Assembly: GCF_009914755.1 (NCBI RefSeq)
Contig: NC_060925.1
DNA length: 64,000 nucleotides
From: the human T2T-CHM13v2.0 reference genome, Homo sapiens
Direction: 5' to 3' (one strand)
Below are positions 15,506 to 32,156 of this stretch, piece by piece (position 1 is the first letter of the stretch; each line of letters opens with the position of its first letter). A model generated the notes under the pieces. It did no database searches. It saw only the letters and a program-made list of their open reading frames with translations, and was not told the DNA's origin. The translations under genes and the position numbers were made by a program.

Positions 15506-15626
15506 TGAAAATGTGCTTTTTGCAGAAATTTTAGAAATACTGAAAAACATAATGAAGCAAACCAAGATCTTCTGTAACCTTTCTACCCAAAGAGACTCTT
15601 ATTGGCATTTTGTGGTATATTCTAAT

Positions 15627-15905
15627 CTTTTTTCTTTTTTTGAGACAGGGTCTCTTGCAGTGGTATGATCTTGGCTCAGTGTAACCTCTGCCTCCCAGGT
15701 TCAAGCGATTCTCATGCCTCAGCCAACTGAGTAGCTGGAACTACAGGCATGCGCCACCATGCCCGGCTAATTTTTGTATTTTTAGTAGAGATGGGGGTTT
15801 TGCCTTGTGGGCCAGGCTGATCTCAAACTCCTGGCCTCAAGTGATCTACCCACCTCGGCCTCTGAAAGTGCTGGGATTACAGGCATGAGCCACGACACCC
15901 GTCCA
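15627..15905 (-). mobile_element. Alu SINE
   Basis: Antisense Alu consensus. Confidence 0.88.
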
Positions 15906-16853
15906 CTTTTTTCTAGGTAATAATAAATACAGATATATATAGCTACACATACATGTAAATACAAAATTGTGGTCATACTAGCTATAGTTTATACCTTTTT
16001 TTCATTTCACTTATCAAAAGCATTTCCTAGTATCCTTAAGTGTTCAAAAACTTGATTTAAGAGCAACATAATATTCTACCCTATGGCTGTATGATGATAT
16101 ATTTAATTATTTTTGTATTACTGGATATTTTTTATTACTTCCAACCTAAATTTTTGGCCACATCTCTTATTGTTTTCTTGGATAAATTCCTAAGTAAGAT
16201 TACTGAGTTAGGGCTTTAACGCTCTTGATACATTTTATCAAATTGCCTTCCAGAAAATACTTATCTGTCCCTAGCAGTGTATCAGAGCACCTGTCTCACT
16301 GAATTCCATCTCCTATATCTACTACTTATGGCAGAGCAATTCATAAAACAGATATTATTGTGGTCCAGAAAGAAACAGTGCATTTGTAGCATGCTACACA
16401 GACAATAAAAACTATTCTGTAGGTTGATCAGGAAATATTTCTTCTATCGTGTAGGATTTTTCTAACTATGGCCAGTATATTGACTTTTGTTTCGTTTTTA
16501 AATCTTTGGCAAACTTTTGTTGAGGGGTCATTTTGTACCAGGCATTGTAACTCTAGGAATACAAAAACTGATGAGGTCCTTGCCCTCAGTGGTTATTATC
16601 TATAGATTAAGTATTATCTTAATTTTCTGGGTGAGGAAAAGTTCTCTATACCATTACAAGAATTAGCCAAGTATATGAATAATAATTTCCCAATCTATAT
16701 ATTCTCTTTCTCGGTGATCCTATCCCTCCTGAGACTTTAGCTGCATTATTGACTTCCACATTCTTAACTAGGATGCCATGGGTACCTCAAACTTTGGCTG
16801 GAGTCAGTCAAATCCAGACTTGAGGCTCTTCTGTGCTATTTACTAGCTGTTAA

Positions 16854-17216
<363 letters not shown>

Positions 17217-17741
17217 TGATGACAATGTTCTTGCAGAGGGATGCCTGACTCCCAAAAATAAGATATAAAGCACTGACAAGTAAGTTCCTAATTAGAGTTG
17301 GCTGTTATGACAGCCCTAATTATCTTTTTTAGTCCTCCTTCCTAAACATACACACACACACTACCACCATCACCAGTACCACCAAAACCCTTGTTTCTAC
17401 CTTTCTATCATATATTATTACCTATTAATGTCAGCAATACTCTCCCAGTCTCCCAAGAAAGAAACCAATGTCATTTATTTTCCTCTCCTTTTCCATCCCA
17501 CATCTAGTCAGTCACCAAGTCCTGGCAGTGGTGCCTTTTAAGTGCATATCTCAAAATTGTTTATCCCATTCCCATTCCCACTGCTACTGTACAGTTTATC
17601 CCCTCACTTCTCTTACAGTCAGACTATTGAACGCTGTGGCCTAGGGAGTTTTAAAAAATACATATTTGCCCTCTACCTCTTAGGTACCATGTTTACAGGG
17701 CCTAGGTCTGGGCATTTTTTTTTTTTTTAAAGCACCTTTTT

Positions 17742-18030
17742 TGGCTGGGCATGGTGGCTCATGCCTGTAATCCCAGCTGAGGCTGGAGGATAGCCCAAGT
17801 CCAGGAGTTTGAGACCAACCTAAGCAACATAGGGAGACCCTGTCTCTATAAAACATAGAGAAAATTAGCTGGGCATGGTGGGGCACGGACTGTGGTCTCA
17901 GCTACTCAGGAGGCTGAGGTGGGAGGATCTCTTGGGCCCAGGGGTCAAGGCAGCAGTGAGCTGTGATTATGCCACTGCGCTCCTGTCCGGGCAACAGAGC
18001 GAGACCCTGCCTCAAAACAACAACAACAAA
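17742..18030 (+). mobile_element. Alu SINE (AluJ-like), sense, with internal deletion
   Basis: GGCTGGGCATGGTGGCTCATGCCTGTAATCCCAGC ... (AAC)n tail. Confidence 0.88.
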
Positions 18031-18429
18031 ACCACCTACTTTATGTCACTGCCCACTTCTGTTCATTGTTGATTTCTCACCCTATGCTTTAACTCTGAAT
18101 GTTGGAGTGTTCCAAGGGAATCTCATCCTGTCCTATGGTTTTAAATATCATCCCTATACTCATAACCCCCAAATTAAGTGCTTGTGTCTGTATTTTATCC
18201 AAATCTGCATTGCTATTCTTGACTTTTTCTCTGGAACTCCAAATTTAGTTAATAGACTGCCTACTTGACGTCTACATCTGGTTGTCTAGTTAGCATCAAG
18301 TTTAACATACCTCCAAAACTTAATTTTCCTAGCCAAAGCTGTTCTTTCCACATTTGGCCCTGTCTCAGTGATTGGAACTCATTGACCCATTTGATAAGCC
18401 AAAATCTGCAGCCTTTTTGTATAGTGTTT

Positions 18430-20670
18430 TTTGTTTGTTTTTATGGTAAAATACACATAACATAAAATTTACCATTATAGAAGTGTACTGTTCATTGGCA
18501 TTAAATACATTCATATTGTTGTACAACCATCACTGTCTTTGATCTCGAGAACTCTCTATACTCATTAAACAATAACGCCCCCCATTCACCCTTCCTCCCT
18601 GCACTTGCAACCACTGTTCTACTTTCTGTCTTGAAACCATGTGGTATTTGTTTTTGTGACTGGCTTATTTCACTTAGCATAATGTCCTTAAAGTTCATCT
18701 GCATCATAGCATATGTTAGAATTTTCTTCCTTTTTAAGCCCAAATAATATTCTGTTCTATGTATTTATTTTTTGAAGCAGGGTCTTGTGCTGTTGCCCGG
18801 GCTGGAGTGCAGTGGCACAATTATGTCTCACTGCAGCCTCAACCTCCTGGGCTCAAGTGATCCAGGAGTGTGCCACCACACCCAGCTAATTTAGTTTTTG
18901 TAGAGATGGAGTCCTGCTATGTTGCTCAGGCTGATCTTGAACTCCTGGCCTCAAGCAGTCTTCCCACCTTGGCCTCCTAAAGTGCTGGGATTACAGGCAT
19001 GAGCCACCACATCGAGCCCCATTTTATGTATATACCACATTTTGCTTATCCATTTATTTTTGGTGAACACTTGGGCTGCTTCCATATTCTGGCTATTGTA
19101 AATAATGCTGCTGTGAACATGGATGTATAAATATCTCTGAGACCCCACTCTTCTTTCTTTTTGGTATATACCTAATAGTAGAATTGCTGGATCATATATT
19201 CTGTTTTTAATATTTTGAGGAAGCACTCTGTTTCCCATTGTACGTTCCCATCAATAATGCACAAGGGTTCAAGTGTCACTACATCCTTGCCAACACTTAT
19301 TTTCTGGGTTTTGTGTTTTTTGGAGAGTAGCCATCCTAATGCGTGTAAAGTGACATCTCATTGTGGTTTTGATTTGCATTTCCCTAATGATTAGTGATAT
19401 TGAATATCTTTTCATGTGCTTATTGGCCATATGTATATTTTCTTTGGAGAAATGGCTATTTAAGTTCTTTGCCTATTTTGCATAAGCTTGTTTATTTTGT
19501 TGTTGTTGTTGATATGTAGGAATTTTTTATATGTTCTGGATATCAATCCCATCAGATATATGGTTTGCAAATACTTTCTTCTAATCTGTGGATTGTTTTT
19601 TTACTCTGTTGATAGTGTCCCTTTTTTCCCTATCAGATTTAGACTTTTTAAAATAGTGGTAAAGAACATATAACATTTACCATCTTAACTATTTTTAAGT
19701 GTACAGTTCAGTAATGTTGAGTATGTTCATGATAGTATTCATTGCACAAAAAAATTTTAATCTTGGTTAAGTTAAACTTACCTTTTTTTCTCTTATTGCT
19801 GATGCTTTTAATGTCATACTTAAGAAATCATTGCCAAATCCAATGTCATGAAGCTTTTCCCTTATATTTTTCTAAGAGTTTTGTAGCTTTAGCTCTTACG
19901 TTTAGGTCTTTGATCCATTTTGAGTTTATTTTTGTATATGGTGTACAGAAAGGGTCCAAAATTTCTTTGCATGTAGATCTCTAGTTTTTAAAACACCATA
20001 GGTTGAAAAGACTGTCCTTTTCCCCACTGAATGGTCTTGGCCCCTGTTGAAAATCATTTGACCAAATAAGTGAGGATTTATTCTATCACTGGTCTATATG
20101 TCTTTATGTCAGTACCACACTGTTTTGACTACTGTAGCTTTTTAGTAAGCTTTGAAGTTGGGAATTGTGGATCCTCCAGCTTTGTTCTTTTTCAAGATTG
20201 TTTGGGCTATTTGGGGTCCTTTGAAAGATTTCATATGAATTTTAAGATAGATTTTTATATTTTTGCAAATTCTGATAGAGATTGCATTTAATCTGTAGAT
20301 TGCTTTGGATAGTATGGACATTTCAACTGTATTAAATCTTCCAATCCATGAAAATTGGATATCTATTTGTATCTTCTTTAATTTCAGCAACATTTTGTAA
20401 TTTTCTGTATACATGTCTTTCATCTCCTTGGTTAAGTTTCTTCCTAAGTATTTTTTTCTTTTTGATGCTACTGTGTGAATTGTTTTCTTAATTTTTTTTC
20501 TGATTGCTCCTTGCTACTGTATAGAAACACAACTGATTTTAGCATGTTCGTTTTGTATTCTGCAACTTTGCTAAATTCACTTACTCGTTCTAACAGGATT
20601 TTTTTGTGGACTCTTTAGGGTTTTCTACATAGAAGATCATGCCATCTGTAAACAGAAATAATTTTCTTGC
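18430..20670 (-). mobile_element. Old L1 (L1M-type) 3' portion with ORF2 remnants, interrupted by an Alu (18765-19018)
   Basis: T-rich + strand; minus-strand ORFs resemble the L1 ORF2 C-terminus (SWIGRFNTVEMSILSKAIYRLNAI; YDPAILLLGIYQKE; WISKMWYIH). Confidence 0.88.
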
Positions 20671-21136
20671 AGATTTAGTTTTTTTTTTCTTTTGAGGCAG
20701 AGTCTTGCTGTATCACCCAGGCTGGAGTACAGTCACATGATCGTGGCTCACTGCTGCCTTGACGTCCTGGGCTCAAGCCAGATCTAGATTTTTAACTGTG
20801 ATTCTATTTGTATGTTCCAAGCATTATTCTTTCTCTTTTAACCTTTTAGAGGTAAATGGTACTTGTTACATTCCTAAAGAGGGTATATGGATATCTCACT
20901 TCTGTGGATCTTTGGTTGAGTTCTTTTTGCTGAATATATTGAGTATAATTTGTTATTCCTTTGTTTCTAAAGCTGCTTTGAGATATGTATTTCAGTTCAC
21001 AAAACCAATTACTGAGGCTCTATCTGCTAGGTATGAGGCTCTTTATGACCTGCTTAGTCAACCTACTACCCAGCCCTCCATTGCCTTTCACTTAGTAGAG
21101 GAATGGTCTGATGAACAATGGCAGTAATAATCATTA

Positions 21137-21471
<335 letters not shown>

Positions 21472-23734
21472 GTATCTTTGTGTATATGAACTTCTAACTC
21501 ATGAGTCCTCTTTGATTAAAAAGTGTTCTAGGGAGTGTAGAAGGGTAAAACTTTCCTCTTGATGCCCACTATTTCTACCAAGATAGCATTTAGCATCGTT
21601 GTCTTTTCACCTCATTGTTAATCCCGTCATTACCTTTTATGCCTCATATTTGTTTAGTGCTTACAGTTTATAAAATACATTCCTGTTTTTGTTTCTTTTT
21701 ATCATTATACAATTCTATGAGATAGCCAGAACAGGAATTATTATCCCACCATTTTACACATGAGTAAAATGGAGCTTCAGAGAAATTGACGTAACTCACC
21801 GGAAGTCACACAAATATAAGAGATAATGCTGAAAAAATAACCCATGTCTTCAGATTACTAACAATATTCTTTTCTGTATATCACACTTCAACCATTTATT
21901 TAACTCTTCAATTATTCATTTACTGAACAAATATGTATTATCTGCTTCATAGGTATCTAGCATTGTGTTAGGTACTTGACATATCAGGACTCATCAAGTC
22001 AGTTTTTGGTGGGTTTTTGTTTTGTTCCCAGCTACCGTTAGCCATCATGTGATGTTATCTATTGATTTGTTTCTGCTCACAACTGTAAATCAAGATTCCA
22101 GCCCTCCTGTTTCCTTTTACCCTCTAAATCTTGGATTCCAGCAGGAGGTTGGTTTTCCTTAACAGTAAAATCTTCTGTCTGAGATGGCTTTTTTGGTGTG
22201 TGAGTGGCAGATTTGGACACTTGTTTCAGGACTAGTCAGCTCTGGGAGCCAAATATGGAACTGAGTAGATTTGTGAAGGAACATGCCTTTAGCAGTCCAT
22301 GCTCCTGAGTTGGACAGTGGAGAGTAGGAATGCCTGGCGTGTGGAAGGGCATATATGATAGTAACTCATGTAAGTTCAGTTAATGCATTTCTAACAGTTA
22401 AAAAAGTAACTCATGAAATAAAGATCATATGGTACCTACACTCAAGCGGCTAATCATATAAGGAGAAAGATAAGCAGCCAAGCTATGTATGGTGGTAAAG
22501 GATAGAAACACATTCCAAGGAGGTTATTTGATTTTATGGACATCCAAGGACAGGAAATGCAGTGTAGTCAGGCCACCTAGGACTAGAACTGGAAAGTCTC
22601 ATTAGGTTCTCATCTCCGTTTCTTCACAAGTCTGTTTCATTACCTCACTTTTTATAGTCTAGTGGAAGACAATGCAAAGCCTCTAAGAAGACAGAAAATG
22701 GTAGACCTGTTGAGGAACCACCAGAAATAGCCCAGGATAAGGAAAGGATGTCACCTTTTACAAATAATGCCTGGTACTTAATAGGAATACATGCACTAAC
22801 TACCTGTGAATAGATAGACTTCATAATCTGTGCTCTCTGTCATTCCTTGGGTGTCTTCACTCAGTGAAACCTGCCCTCAGATTGCAGAGTAATAGGTATT
22901 GACTCCTGCTGCTGGCAGTGGGCGATAATGAAAGGAGCAGGGGCAGGAGTAAGAATAACAGATCTTCCTAACCTTGAGCCTTCCCACGTCTTTTCATTAA
23001 AACATACATGTATTGAATGCCTTTTCCCACAAGTCCAGGATGCATTGATTTAGTTGTGTGCATCTGGCACCATGAACAATTTTTGTCCCAGTGACTGAAT
23101 GTTATAAATAATTTTTGTTGGGCATAATTAGAATAAAAGGAAACTGTGTGTTGCAATTGGAAATGGGCTATGAAGTGGTTGGTAAAATAGGAATGGAGGT
23201 TTTGTAGTGAATCCCTGGATAATCTTCTGATGAACTTGTGGTCTGTGCTTTACTGGCCTCTTTCATTAATCATATGCCATCGTAGGTCTTTCTGAATTGG
23301 TGTTATGTTATGAAGAAGTAAGTGCCTTGGGGACCAAGCTGCCCACTGATTATAGTAAACTTTAGATATGTTTGATTCAGAATATAATTTTCTTTTGATT
23401 TTACCATATGATTTTCTGCTGTACCATATATAGAAGAACAAGAAATAGGAATGTCATTCTTTGGCTGCAGTGTTGGCTCTGTCCTGCTGTCCAGAGAACT
23501 TGTTCTGGTGCCTATATAGAGAAAGGTTGCCAGTCCTGAGCCCACTCAGGGACACATTCTCTGCCTATTCAGATACAGCAGAGAGCGTTGCCCAGTGTTG
23601 CCTACTCAGAAGCCTTCAGTGGTTCGCTTTCTTCTATGACATAAAGTCTAAGTTCCTTTAAGACTCTTCACAATCTGCCCAGCTTCCTAGCATCATTTCC
23701 CACCAGTCTCTTCCCACACACTATACTCCAGCTT

Positions 23735-25400
<1,666 letters not shown>

Positions 25401-25404
25401 AATT

Positions 25405-25821
25405 TTGTTTGTTTGTTTTTGTAGAGACAGGGTCTCACTATGTTTTCCAGGCTGGTCTTGAACTCCTAGGCTCAAGAGATCCACCTGCCTTTAGAAAATT
25501 AAGTACTGGCTGGGTGTGGTGGCTCATGCCTGTAATCCCAGCACTTTGGGAGGATGAGGCAGGTGGATCACTTGAGGTCAGGAGTTTGAGACCAGCCTGG
25601 CTAATATGGTGAAACCCCGACTCTAGTTAAAAAAAAATACAAAACTTAGCTGGGTGTGGTGGCATGCGCCTGTAGTCCCAGCTACTTGGGACTACAAGCG
25701 ATTCAAGGAGAATTGCCTGAACCCAGGAGCCAGATGCTCTAGTGAGCCGAGATCACACCACTGCACTCCAGCCTGAGTGACAAAGCAAGACTCCATCCTA
25801 AAAATAAGTAAATAAATAAAA
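25405..25821 (+). mobile_element. Sense Alu (25508-25821, TSD agaaaattaagtact) next to an antisense Alu fragment (25405-25491)
   Basis: Alu consensus and TSD. Confidence 0.88.
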
Positions 25822-26257
25822 TAGAAAATTAAGTACTCAATAAATGTTCACTGCTATATTCTCTTTTTTCAGTTTTTGCTTTTATTTTTGTTTTTCTGTC
25901 ACACTGGGCTGCTGCTATCCTGTTTCAGAACTATAGTGAAAATGGGTAGACTAGCTGCTCTAACAAGGGATATGTGCTTTTCCTAGAGAGCAGTCTTTGA
26001 GATGTTTGACCAGTGGCTTCCTTCCAGTGCCCCCTTGACCTGCGCCATGGGCTCACACTCCTATGCCATTTAAAAACTGTTTTATGTTTAATTTTCTATT
26101 TCCATCTGATACTTGAATCCATGTCATTTTTTTTTAACCCATTATCTTCTGTTTCCCTTCTCACTTGAATGAAGTTGAGAGAGCAGAAGCTTGGTTCATC
26201 TTCTGGCTCTCAGTCTTCCCCCACCCCAACTCCCAACTTTGCTTTTGAACTACAACC

Positions 26258-26778
<521 letters not shown>

Positions 26779-27029
26779 TAGCTCAAGGCTAGACACGTAG
26801 GGAAAATGACGCCATTTGCTGGAGGATTGGATTGTCTTTGTTCAGGCTGCAAAACAGCTTTTGCATCAAAGTTGAGGTCTAGGAGAAGGCCACCTCCTTG
26901 AGCCCTTCTTGCTAGCTAGAGTCCATGTTCCAGCATGCCAGGACTCTCCAGTGATTTGTTTTTATCTTCCCTCCTCCTGAGCCTTCATCTTTGAGAGAGA
27001 ACAAAGTGGAAATAGTGCCAAACTCTGTG

Positions 27030-27220
27030 TTATAAAGTATAGTGGTTTTGCCGCTTTAGCCTTGGTCGACTCACTTTACATTTCTGAGTTGCAGTTTTTC
27101 CATCTGTAAAATGGGAATAATAACTCATGAATTTTGACTCTACAGACTATTATTGTAAGATAAGGATGCAAAAAGCTTGATAAACTAAAGCACTGTTTAG
27201 GTGTAAGGCAGTATTATTAC
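27030..27220 (+). mobile_element. MIR SINE
   Basis: Core tctgagttgcagtttttccatctgtaaaatgggaataat. Confidence 0.75.
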
Positions 27221-28020
27221 TCTCCTCACTTCTTTATCCAGGCTGGACCAGGCTTGCAGGGAACTGGTGCCAGACTCTGTATTTTCATTTTTACTTTCCC
27301 AGGATATTCACCTATATAAGGGGCAGAACCCAGTGAGGCTCCTGACCCCATAATATCTTGTGATGGACTTCCATGGTCTTGCCATCCAGGAAGGTTCAGC
27401 AACATAGCTAAACTATTGATTTGCCAACTCTCAGCTCCTCCCAGCCATGGTTGTTATAGCTCGGTAATGTGGGTCTGAGAAGCTTTGTTGCCTTCTCTCT
27501 ACTCCATTGGAGATGCCAAGGAAGAATTGTTATTTCATCTTCTCTTAAAACTTTGACTTGTCTCCTGTAGATGCTTGGCCAGGCTGTCAGAACATCCTAG
27601 GAGTTAATGAGAGAAAAATACATATAGCTCCCACTAAGTGCCTATAATGTGTCAGGCACTATAGTTAGTGCTTATCTTGTTTAAACCTCATAGCATCCTT
27701 TGAAATAGGTACTTATTATTTCCAGTTTACTGAAAAGAAAACTGAGGTTCAAAAAAGTTAAATCCCTTGTTCTAAGTCACATAGTGAGTTAAGTTGCAGA
27801 GCTAGAATTTGAACTTAATTCTATCTTATTCCAAAATTTGTTGTTCTAATGACCATACCATGAGGCCTCCTGTTACCATACAGAAAGAGGGGCCATGTGC
27901 TACATAGGAAAACTCAGGAGATTTCCATTCATATGATCTACATGAAGATCCCAACTGCGCCTATGCGATCTGGGACAAGTGGCTTTCAACTTGTCCAAGC
28001 CTTAGATACTATCTCATTAA

Positions 28021-28378
<358 letters not shown>

Positions 28379-29385
28379 AGTAGATGTTATTCTTATCTCC
28401 AGTTTACATTTGAAGGGAACAGGCCTCAGTGAGTTCAGATGACTTGCCCACGGATGCAGAATAGTAAATGGCAGAGCCAGAACTCAGGTCCAGGTCTATC
28501 TAACACCTGCTTCAGTGTTCTTTCCACCATTTTTCACAGCCAGCTTCTAAGACCTGGTGTATCATTCAGCTAGATTTATAGCTCTGAGGCTGCTGGTTGG
28601 AAGCTGGCATCCTTTTCTGCTCTCTTTCTCCTCCCATACTTTCTCCCTCTTCTTAGAAACCTTACAGAGGCAATATAGGTATTTGAAATTCAAAGAAGAG
28701 ATTTATGCCGTGCTTAAAATCTGCTCATACTGCCCCATTAGACACCTGGGAATCTGCCTCTCGTCTTTTGTATGGGTTTGTACTGTTACTTTGGTAGCAT
28801 GATGTGGTGGGTTATAGTTTTGGGAATGTTCTTTCTCAGCTCTTTTCTTTATGAGTATAATCTTGTGAGGTGGCTGTAAAGTTAGAGATGATGAATATTC
28901 AAGGGTAGCAAGTACAGGCTTATTATTTGATGGCAGTTATTTCCCCTGGTACCAGGATCTAATAGAAACCAGAATAGCAGTCAGGAGTTCTAAATCTTTT
29001 ACTCCTATTCTTTGACCTTGGATATGTGAGTCACTGTTTCTAGATAGACTGGCTAGTCTTTAGGGGCGCCTTTCAGCTTTAATGTCCTGCACTTTAAAAA
29101 ATGAAAGTAATAAGATACTTGTTTAAAAAAAATCAAATTAGACAGAAGTATTTGAAGGAAAAAGTGAAAGACCCATATCCTTTCCCCCATTCAGTTCATT
29201 CCCAATGTGTAACACTTATTACCAGTTTGATGTATCCTTTTCAGTGTTCTCTGTGTATACTAAATATACACAAGTATGTGTAACATACACAGTTTATATC
29301 ATGTGCATATATATATAAATACAAATGTATATGTTATACGCACTGGAACCTACAATACATATTATGTCTTGGTTCTTTTACTTAA

Positions 29386-30232
<847 letters not shown>

Positions 30233-30301
30233 AATTATGTGCTATGATTGTTAAAAGCAAATATACACATACAGTGTTGATTTTTAAAATTTTCTTTTCA
30301 G

Positions 30302-30463
30302 GAGAAGAAGAAAAAGAAACATAGAGATAGGAAGTCATCTGACTCTGACAGCTCAGACTCTGAGAGTGATACAGGCAAGAGGGCAAGGCACACATCAAAA
30401 GACAGCAAGGCAGCAAAGAAGAAGAAAAAGAAGAAGAAGCACAAGAAGAAGCACAAGGAGTGA
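30302..30463 (+). CDS. ZCCHC17: ZCCHC17 terminal coding exon: [53 protein letters not shown]
   Basis: tttcttttcag acceptor, phase 0, TGA at 30461-30463; Lys/Ser-rich nucleolar-type tail. Confidence 0.96.
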   Translation, partial: EKKKKKHRDRKSSDSDSSDSESDTGKRARHTSKDSKAAKKKKKKKKHKKKHKE

Positions 30464-31215
30464 GAGTATAAAGAGTGTAGGGGGTGGTTGAGAGTAAGAA
30501 ACCAGGAGCCTCGTGCCTTGAGACTCCTGGAAAGACTCAATAGTGAGAATATAGCCTCCCACCCCATTAACTTCGCTCCCATGGGAGATGGCTTCCCCTC
30601 ATGCAACAGGCAGGTTTGGGAGTTAGAGGTCAAAAGCAGCTGCCTGAATGAGTTGTTGTTTCCTTATCACTCCTGGTCCCTTTGCAAGTGAACCCTGCAG
30701 CTCACCCATTCATTCACCCAACTTCCTTCATTCAGCAGGAGGTCCTATTACCCTCTCCAGCTGCCACTGCCAGAGCTGGATTCCTGTAAAGGAGTCCAGG
30801 CTAGAGCCACAGAGACTGTTGTGGAGGTGAGTTCGGCTGTAGTTAGAGTGATTGGACCCTTCCTATTGGTCTGTCCTGGGCCAACTGGTGGGTGATCTCT
30901 GCTGCATCCAACATGGGAGCAGAGACTGGCAGCAGGAGGGGGGAACATGGTGAGAAGTGGTGCTCACTTTTCCCATTCCTCCTAACATAGTTCTACTATG
31001 CTAGAAGTGGCATCCAGCGGCCACAGCTAGAAAACAGTCTGCAGTGTGACTTAATTTGTGTATTGCATTCCAGCAGACCACTGAACCAGACAGCGAAGCC
31101 AAGATAATTGTTCTACTTTGTATTTACTACTGTGTGAATCAGTTGATTCTACTTCAGGTCCTTGCTTAAATTCCTGTCACTAAATGGAAATGTGTTTGGT
31201 TTTAAACTTACTGAG
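30464..31215 (+). other. ZCCHC17: ZCCHC17 3' UTR; probable variant poly(A) signal ACTAAA at 31179-31184
   Basis: Repeat-free sequence after the stop; no AATAAA found; ACTAAA followed by GT/T-rich sequence. End point inferred. Confidence 0.55.
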
Positions 31216-31744
31216 TTATTTTTCCTATAATCCTTCTTCCTGGGTAACTTACAGACTTAAAGTCACTGAGCCTGCATTAGCTGACAAAAACATTTAATAT
31301 GTTACCTTAGACCTTGGAGAGATGCCCAGCAGAGGTACAGAGCCAAAGGCACTAGCAGATCACTACCTTCTTGGGAGATCACTTATAAGCCCTCCCTTTT
31401 GTAATGATCAGATGCCCTCTTCCCTCAGAGTTGATTAGAGAAGCAGTAAGAATTTGTAGTCATAAGTACTAGCCTGGTGCACAGGTCAGCAGTCCTCTTG
31501 GCCAGTGGTCATTTTCTCCCACCACCATGGTACAAGCCTGGGTTCTGTGCCCTGAACCTGAATTCTGGAAAGGGAGAGACTACAGCATTTCACAGAGAAC
31601 AGCCAGACCCAAGAGCTTTCAGTGTAGGATGGGCCTGAAGTGACAGTTCAATAGCCAAACCTGGGGAAGCCCCATTACTGACTGAACTAGGTCATTTGAC
31701 CATGGAGGGGGGGCAGTGTAAAGGCAACGTGTAGGTACAGCTCT

Positions 31745-31750
31745 TTTATT
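31745..31750 (-). terminator. FABP3: Distal FABP3 poly(A) signal candidate AATAAA
   Basis: tttatt on + strand, ~410 nt past the FABP3 stop. Confidence 0.55.
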
Positions 31751-31940
31751 ATTAAATGTGTAAGGTGATCAGCTGATTAACAGGCTCCGAGACTGTCCAT
31801 TTCAGTCTCCCATCCAGTGCTTCTTCCTCAGTAACCTTCAGGCCGTTATTTCTGCCCACTCTCTGACACACAGGATAAACCAAGACTCCCAGAGTTATGT
31901 TACCAAAGGCAAAAAGGCAACTGGGTGGCCTTGGCTCTGC

Positions 31941-31946
31941 TTTATT
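31941..31946 (-). terminator. FABP3: Proximal FABP3 poly(A) signal AATAAA
   Basis: tttatt on + strand, ~210 nt past the stop; T-rich element downstream on the - strand. Confidence 0.75.
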
Positions 31947-32156
31947 GACCTCAGAGCACCCTATGAGTGCAGTTAAAAAAAAAAAAAAAAAAACCACATA
32001 CACCATGGGAACTGGAACTGGATCCCGGTCAGTGGCACCTGACCCCAGAAGAATTCGTGGATTTGTACAAAATGCAGAGGAAGAAATGAGGCAATGTGGT
32101 GCTGAGTCGAGGGGTAGCCGATTGGCAGAGTAGTAGTCAGCAACAGTGCAGTCAGG

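Noticed and set aside
18501-20423. Reverse-transcriptase-like minus-strand ORFs
   Set aside because: Fragmented ORF2 remnants of an old L1; not an intact element or gene
30298-30633. 111-aa antisense ORF over the ZCCHC17 last exon
   Set aside because: Poly-Phe mirror of Lys codons; a by-product of the sense CDS
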